Shown: positions 59,912 to 64,000 of the stretch, in pieces
Position numbering within the stretch: the stretch's first letter is position 1
Layout of the letters: every line of letters starts with the position of its first letter
DNA from: Anaeramoeba ignava BMAN
Lineage: Eukaryota > Protista > Anaeramoebae
Assembly: GCA_028826165.1 (NCBI GenBank)
Contig: JAPDFW010000091.1
Location: 124,001 to 188,000, forward strand
Direction of reading: 5' to 3'
Length of the DNA: 64,000 nt
Program-made: the position numbers and the translations under genes
Notes under the pieces: generated by a model
What the model was told of the DNA's origin: nothing
Database searches by the model: none
Seen by the model: only the letters and a program-made list of their open reading frames with translations

Positions 59912-62708
59912 TTAATTTGAATCTTCATTATCATCTTCATAATTATCATTTCCATTATCATCTTCATAATTATCATTTCCATTATCATCTTCATAATTAT
60001 CATTTTCATTTTCATTTTCATTTCCATTATCATCTTCATAATTTTCATTTTCATTCCCATTTCCAATTTCAATTAGATTATCATTTTCATTTTCATTTTC
60101 ATTTCCATTTTCATTATTTTCATCATTTCCAATTTCAATTAGATTATCATTTTCATTTTGATTTTCATTTTCATTTTGGTTTTGATTTTCATTTTCATTT
60201 TGATTTTCTTTTGAATTTTGATTTTGATTTTGATTTTGATTTTCATTTAAATTTTCTTCAATTCCAAATAATCGATCTGGATCTAGAACTGATCCACGAT
60301 TATCATCATCTAAATCATCTAATTTACCAAATCTTTTCATGAAAGGAATTTTTGATTTATTTTTTTTGACAGGAATTTTCAAATAATTTTGAGTTTCATT
60401 TGAAGAAATTGTACTATAACTAAATAAACTAAAAGCAAGAAAATCACAAATAAACACCATAATTGTAACCATTTTCTGACGAGAAAAAGGAGAAACCAAA
60501 GTTCCAAGAAGAACAAAAAAAGGAAGTGATAAAAACCAAATCGAATATATAATTCTGAAAGTGGAAAAAAATTTTTTCTTTTGTGGATCATTTGTTGATT
60601 GAATTGTTTTTTGAAACGAAGTAAGAAACCAAATGAATATTAAAATGTGAATCAATATCACAATTGCTCCTGCAGTTGTTTCAAAGTAATAAATAGAATT
60701 TTCAGGTTTAAATGTAACAAAAGCAAAACATTGTGAAATGATATAAATAATTGATGAAATGAAAAATATTATGAATATTTTTCCTCTATTTTGTAAAATT
60801 ATTTGTGAAATTGTCCATCCTTTTGAAACAAGAATTAAAATAAATGCAAATATCAAAATTCCTGCTGTTTGTGTAACTAAGGGTATATAAAATAGTATAA
60901 AAGTTACTTTAATTTTTGAATTTGGATTGTTTTTTTTTTTTGTATAATAAATACCTTCTCCAAAAATCTAAAATTGAATAAAAATATTAAATAAAAATAA
61001 TTGAATAAAAAGTGGAACAAAATTTTTTTGAATTGATTAAAAAAAAATTCTTACACTTATTCCAACTAAACTTTTTCCTTGTGATGCGAAATTAATCAAA
61101 TAAACTGTTACAAAAAGTATTCCAAGAGTTTTTAAAATAAGAGCAAGAAGAAAGAATCGATTTAACTTTTTTAAATAAACAAACAAGAATAGAAATAAAA
61201 TCTAAAAATCTTTTTTAAGAAATAAATTTACTGGATAAAATGTTTGAATTGAAATCATTTTTCCTGATTGAAAAATTTGAAATCCAGTTAAAATTATAAA
61301 AAAACATAAAAAAACCATATTCAAAGGTAATAATCCTAAAGCAAAAAAAAAAAGTGGAACAAATATAAAATTTTAAATAAATATTTTAAATAAAAATAAA
61401 TATAAAGGTTATATTTGAAATTTAAGAAGAAAAACCTTGTTCCTCGCATGAAAATTCTCTAATCCATGGAGATGAACCAGTATTCCAAATGTGAAAATTT
61501 TGAATAAAAGCATCAATATTATTATGATCACAATCAGAAATTGTCAAATAAAAGAAATATTGTTTTTCTTGTTTTGGAATAACTGAAAAATTTTGTTTTG
61601 AATTAGTTATTATACTATTTGAATATGATTGAGAGATTTTTTGGGAACAAGAAGGATTTTTTTGATTATTAAAAATCTATTTTTATTTTTTATCCGATTT
61701 TGATTTTAATTTTATAAATGAATTTTGATTTTGATTTTGATTTTGATTTTGATTTTGATTTTGATTTTGATTTTATAAATGAATTTTAATTTTCATTTTA
61801 ATTTTAATTTTCATTTTGATTTTGATTTTAATTTTGATTTTAATTTTCATTTTGATTTTGATTTTGATTTTGATTTTGATTTTTAATTTTAATTTTGATT
61901 TTAATTTTCATTTTGATTTTGATTTTGATTTTGATTTTGATTTTTAATTTTAATTTTGATTTTAATTTTGATTTTGATTTTATAAATGAATTTTAATTTT
62001 GATTTTTAATTTTAATTTTTGTTTAAAATTTTTTTGACTTTCAAAACAAAATCTTTTGATATAAAATTTTATTTTAATTTTAATTTTAATTTTGATTTTG
62101 ATTTTAATTTTAATTTTGATTTTGTTTTTGTTTTTCATTTTGATTTTGATTTTAATTTTAATTTTGATTTTAATTTTAATTTTAATTTGGATTTTAATTT
62201 TAATTTTGATTTTAATTTTAATTTTTATTTTTTATCCGATTTTAATTTTGATTTTAATTTTTAATTTTAATTTTGATTTTAATTTTGATTTTAATTTTGA
62301 TTTTAATTTTAATTTTAATTTTAATTTTAATTTTGATTTTAATTTTGATTTTGATTTTGATTTTGATTTTGATTTTAATTTTGTAATTTTTCTTCTACTT
62401 GTGAAAAATATTTTCCAGAACTTTGATAAAATGAAAGTGTTAAATTATTTTCTGTATCTAAATTCCAAGTAACATTTCCTTGATCTTAATTAAAAAAAAT
62501 AAGCAAAAAATTGTGAAAAAATTTGTTAAAAAATCAATAACAAATTTCTAATTTTCTATTTAAAATTTTTTTAGTTTTTACTTTCAAAACAAAATCTTGT
62601 TAAAAATACAAAATTATTATCATTATTAATTTGTCCAATAAATTTAACTGAAGAAACTTTAAAAAAAAGAAGAAAAAAAATAAGAAAAAAAGAAGTAAAC
62701 CGGATCAT
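59912..62708 (-). CDS. TMEM145/GPR180-like 7-TM protein with acidic Asn-rich tail, 7 exons including a 13-nt exon
   Basis: Signal peptide, FVFLTRFCF, YLTISDC, REFSCEEQ|G, LILVSKGWTI, IWFLSLP..RQKMV. 13-nt exon at 60967-60955; the last exon starts at 60876. Confidence 0.85.
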
Positions 62709-62843
62709 AAAATGAAAAAGATGAAAAATGAAAAATGAAAAATGAAAAATGAAAGAAAAAAAAATTTATTTCAATCTATTTTTTCATTTAAATTCTAATT
62801 TGGAAATTGGATTTAAATTTTAATTTTAATTTTGATTTTGATT

Positions 62844-63845
62844 TTAATTTTGATTTTGATTTTGATTTTTATTTTGATTTTGATTTTGATTTTGATTTTC
62901 ATTTTCATTTTCATTTTCATTTTCATTTAAATTTTCATTTTGATTTTGTTTTAAATTTTGATTCTCTTTTAAATTTTGATCTTTTTTGACTTTTGCTCCT
63001 TTTCTTAACGGAATAGCTTTAATCAAAGCTTGAGACCAATCTTTACAATTAATATAATTCAAAATAATAGAAAAAACTTGGTCGACAGTTAAAACTTTCC
63101 TTGATCTCATTGAAAGATATTGATCAATAGGTAATTTAGCAGTTTTTATTCCAATTTTTTTAGCTTCTTCATAAGTTAAACCTTTTAGCCTATTATGATC
63201 AACTAATCCACCAATAATATACACTTTGTCTTCATAAATTTCATCCAAAACTTCTTCTGATTCTGATGTTAAATAAATAATTTCATCTTTCTTAAATATT
63301 TCTTGATATTTTTTTTCATCATAAAAAATTCGCCAATTTAAAAATCCATTTGTTGATTCAAGTTTTGCTTTTGTCCTCCCAATTAACCCCGCGAGATATA
63401 ATTTTATTGGCTTTTCCGCTTTGTTGTTTGCTCCATAACACATGTTGATTTGATTTGTTAATTTCTTAATTTCAAAAACACTCATCAATTCGTCAAAACT
63501 GCAATCAATTACAATTCGGAAATTTGAAAGTGGAATTTTTTTCCGATTTTTTCTGGATATTTTACGAGGTAATTTTTCATCCTCAATTTGACTCCCTTTT
63601 TCTTCGTGATCTTGTTTGTCTTTTTTTGTGGGAGTTGTTGTATTTTGTTGTTCTTTTTGTTGATTTTCATTTTGGATTTTTTTGGATTGATTTTTTTTTC
63701 TTTTTTTCTTTTCTTTTTGTTTTTGTTTTTGAAATTGAATTTTTTCTAACTTTTTAATTGCATGTTTTGATAAAGATTTACTATCATTTGAAGATAACCA
63801 ATTTGGAAGAGAAAAATTATTATTATTTTTATTATTATTTTGCAT
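62844..63845 (-). CDS. TRMT10A: tRNA (guanine-N1, m1G9) methyltransferase Trm10
   Basis: IVIDCSFDELM, IIYLTSES, VYIIGGLVDHNRLKG, TAKLPI..RKVLTVDQV, DW..A...IP.RK. Confidence 0.95.
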   Translation of the reverse strand: MQNNNKNNNNFSLPNWLSSNDSKSLSKHAIKKLEKIQFQKQKQKEKKKRKKNQSKKIQNENQQKEQQNTTTPTKKDKQDHEEKGSQIEDEKLPRKISRKNRKKIPLSNFRIVIDCSFDELMSVFEIKKLTNQINMCYGANNKAEKPIKLYLAGLIGRTKAKLESTNGFLNWRIFYDEKKYQEIFKKDEIIYLTSESEEVLDEIYEDKVYIIGGLVDHNRLKGLTYEEAKKIGIKTAKLPIDQYLSMRSRKVLTVDQVFSIILNYINCKDWSQALIKAIPLRKGAKVKKDQNLKENQNLKQNQNENLNENENENENENQNQNQNQNKNQNQNQN

Positions 63846-64000
63846 TATTTTAAATTAAAAATGAAAAAAAAAATGAAAAAAAAAATAATTAGTAATTCTT
63901 ATGAAAAAAGCAAAAAAAAAAAATAAAAAAATTTTGATTTAATTTTTTTGATTTAATTTGATTTATTTTTCCCTTATGCTTTGTGCTTTAAATCCTTTTA

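Noticed and set aside
1-64000. Inteins, transposases, reverse transcriptases, tRNA/rRNA genes, telomeric repeats
   Set aside because: No recognisable motifs or GC-rich structured segments seen; small ncRNAs cannot be excluded without covariance-model searches.

Overview
Extremely AT-rich, intron-containing eukaryotic (protist) genomic DNA. It uses the standard code and GT-AG introns and has about 28 densely packed protein-coding loci; no rRNA, tRNA, CRISPR array or intact mobile element was seen. Gene content (BTB-TLDc, RCC1-BTB, FG-GAP/FN3 receptors, expanded stand-alone PAS proteins, NQ/EN low-complexity tracts) and a TCATTT initiator-like motif suggest an anaerobic metamonad such as Anaeramoeba (inference only). 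Housekeeping genes include PUS3, cyclin A, p24delta, CCDC22, RNF170, a rhomboid, an AGC kinase, syntaxin-6, TMEM145/GPR180 and TRM10. Main finding: a minus-strand ankyrin-repeat gene (16251-18187), invisible to the ORF track, in which the two beta-hairpin residues at every repeat junction are encoded by separate 3-nt micro-exons (ten 3-nt and one 6-nt exon; 18 exons, 17 mostly 55-83 nt introns). Second: five N-myristoylated proteins with a variable bacterial-type PAS domain and a conserved coiled-coil tail, with GATC and AP-1-like motifs clustered in their introns and flanks. Also present are near-nucleosome-length (about 143-148 bp) satellite arrays upstream of genes, microsatellite-inflated introns and a degenerate EEP-fold protein. 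All gene models were built by eye and need RNA-seq confirmation.
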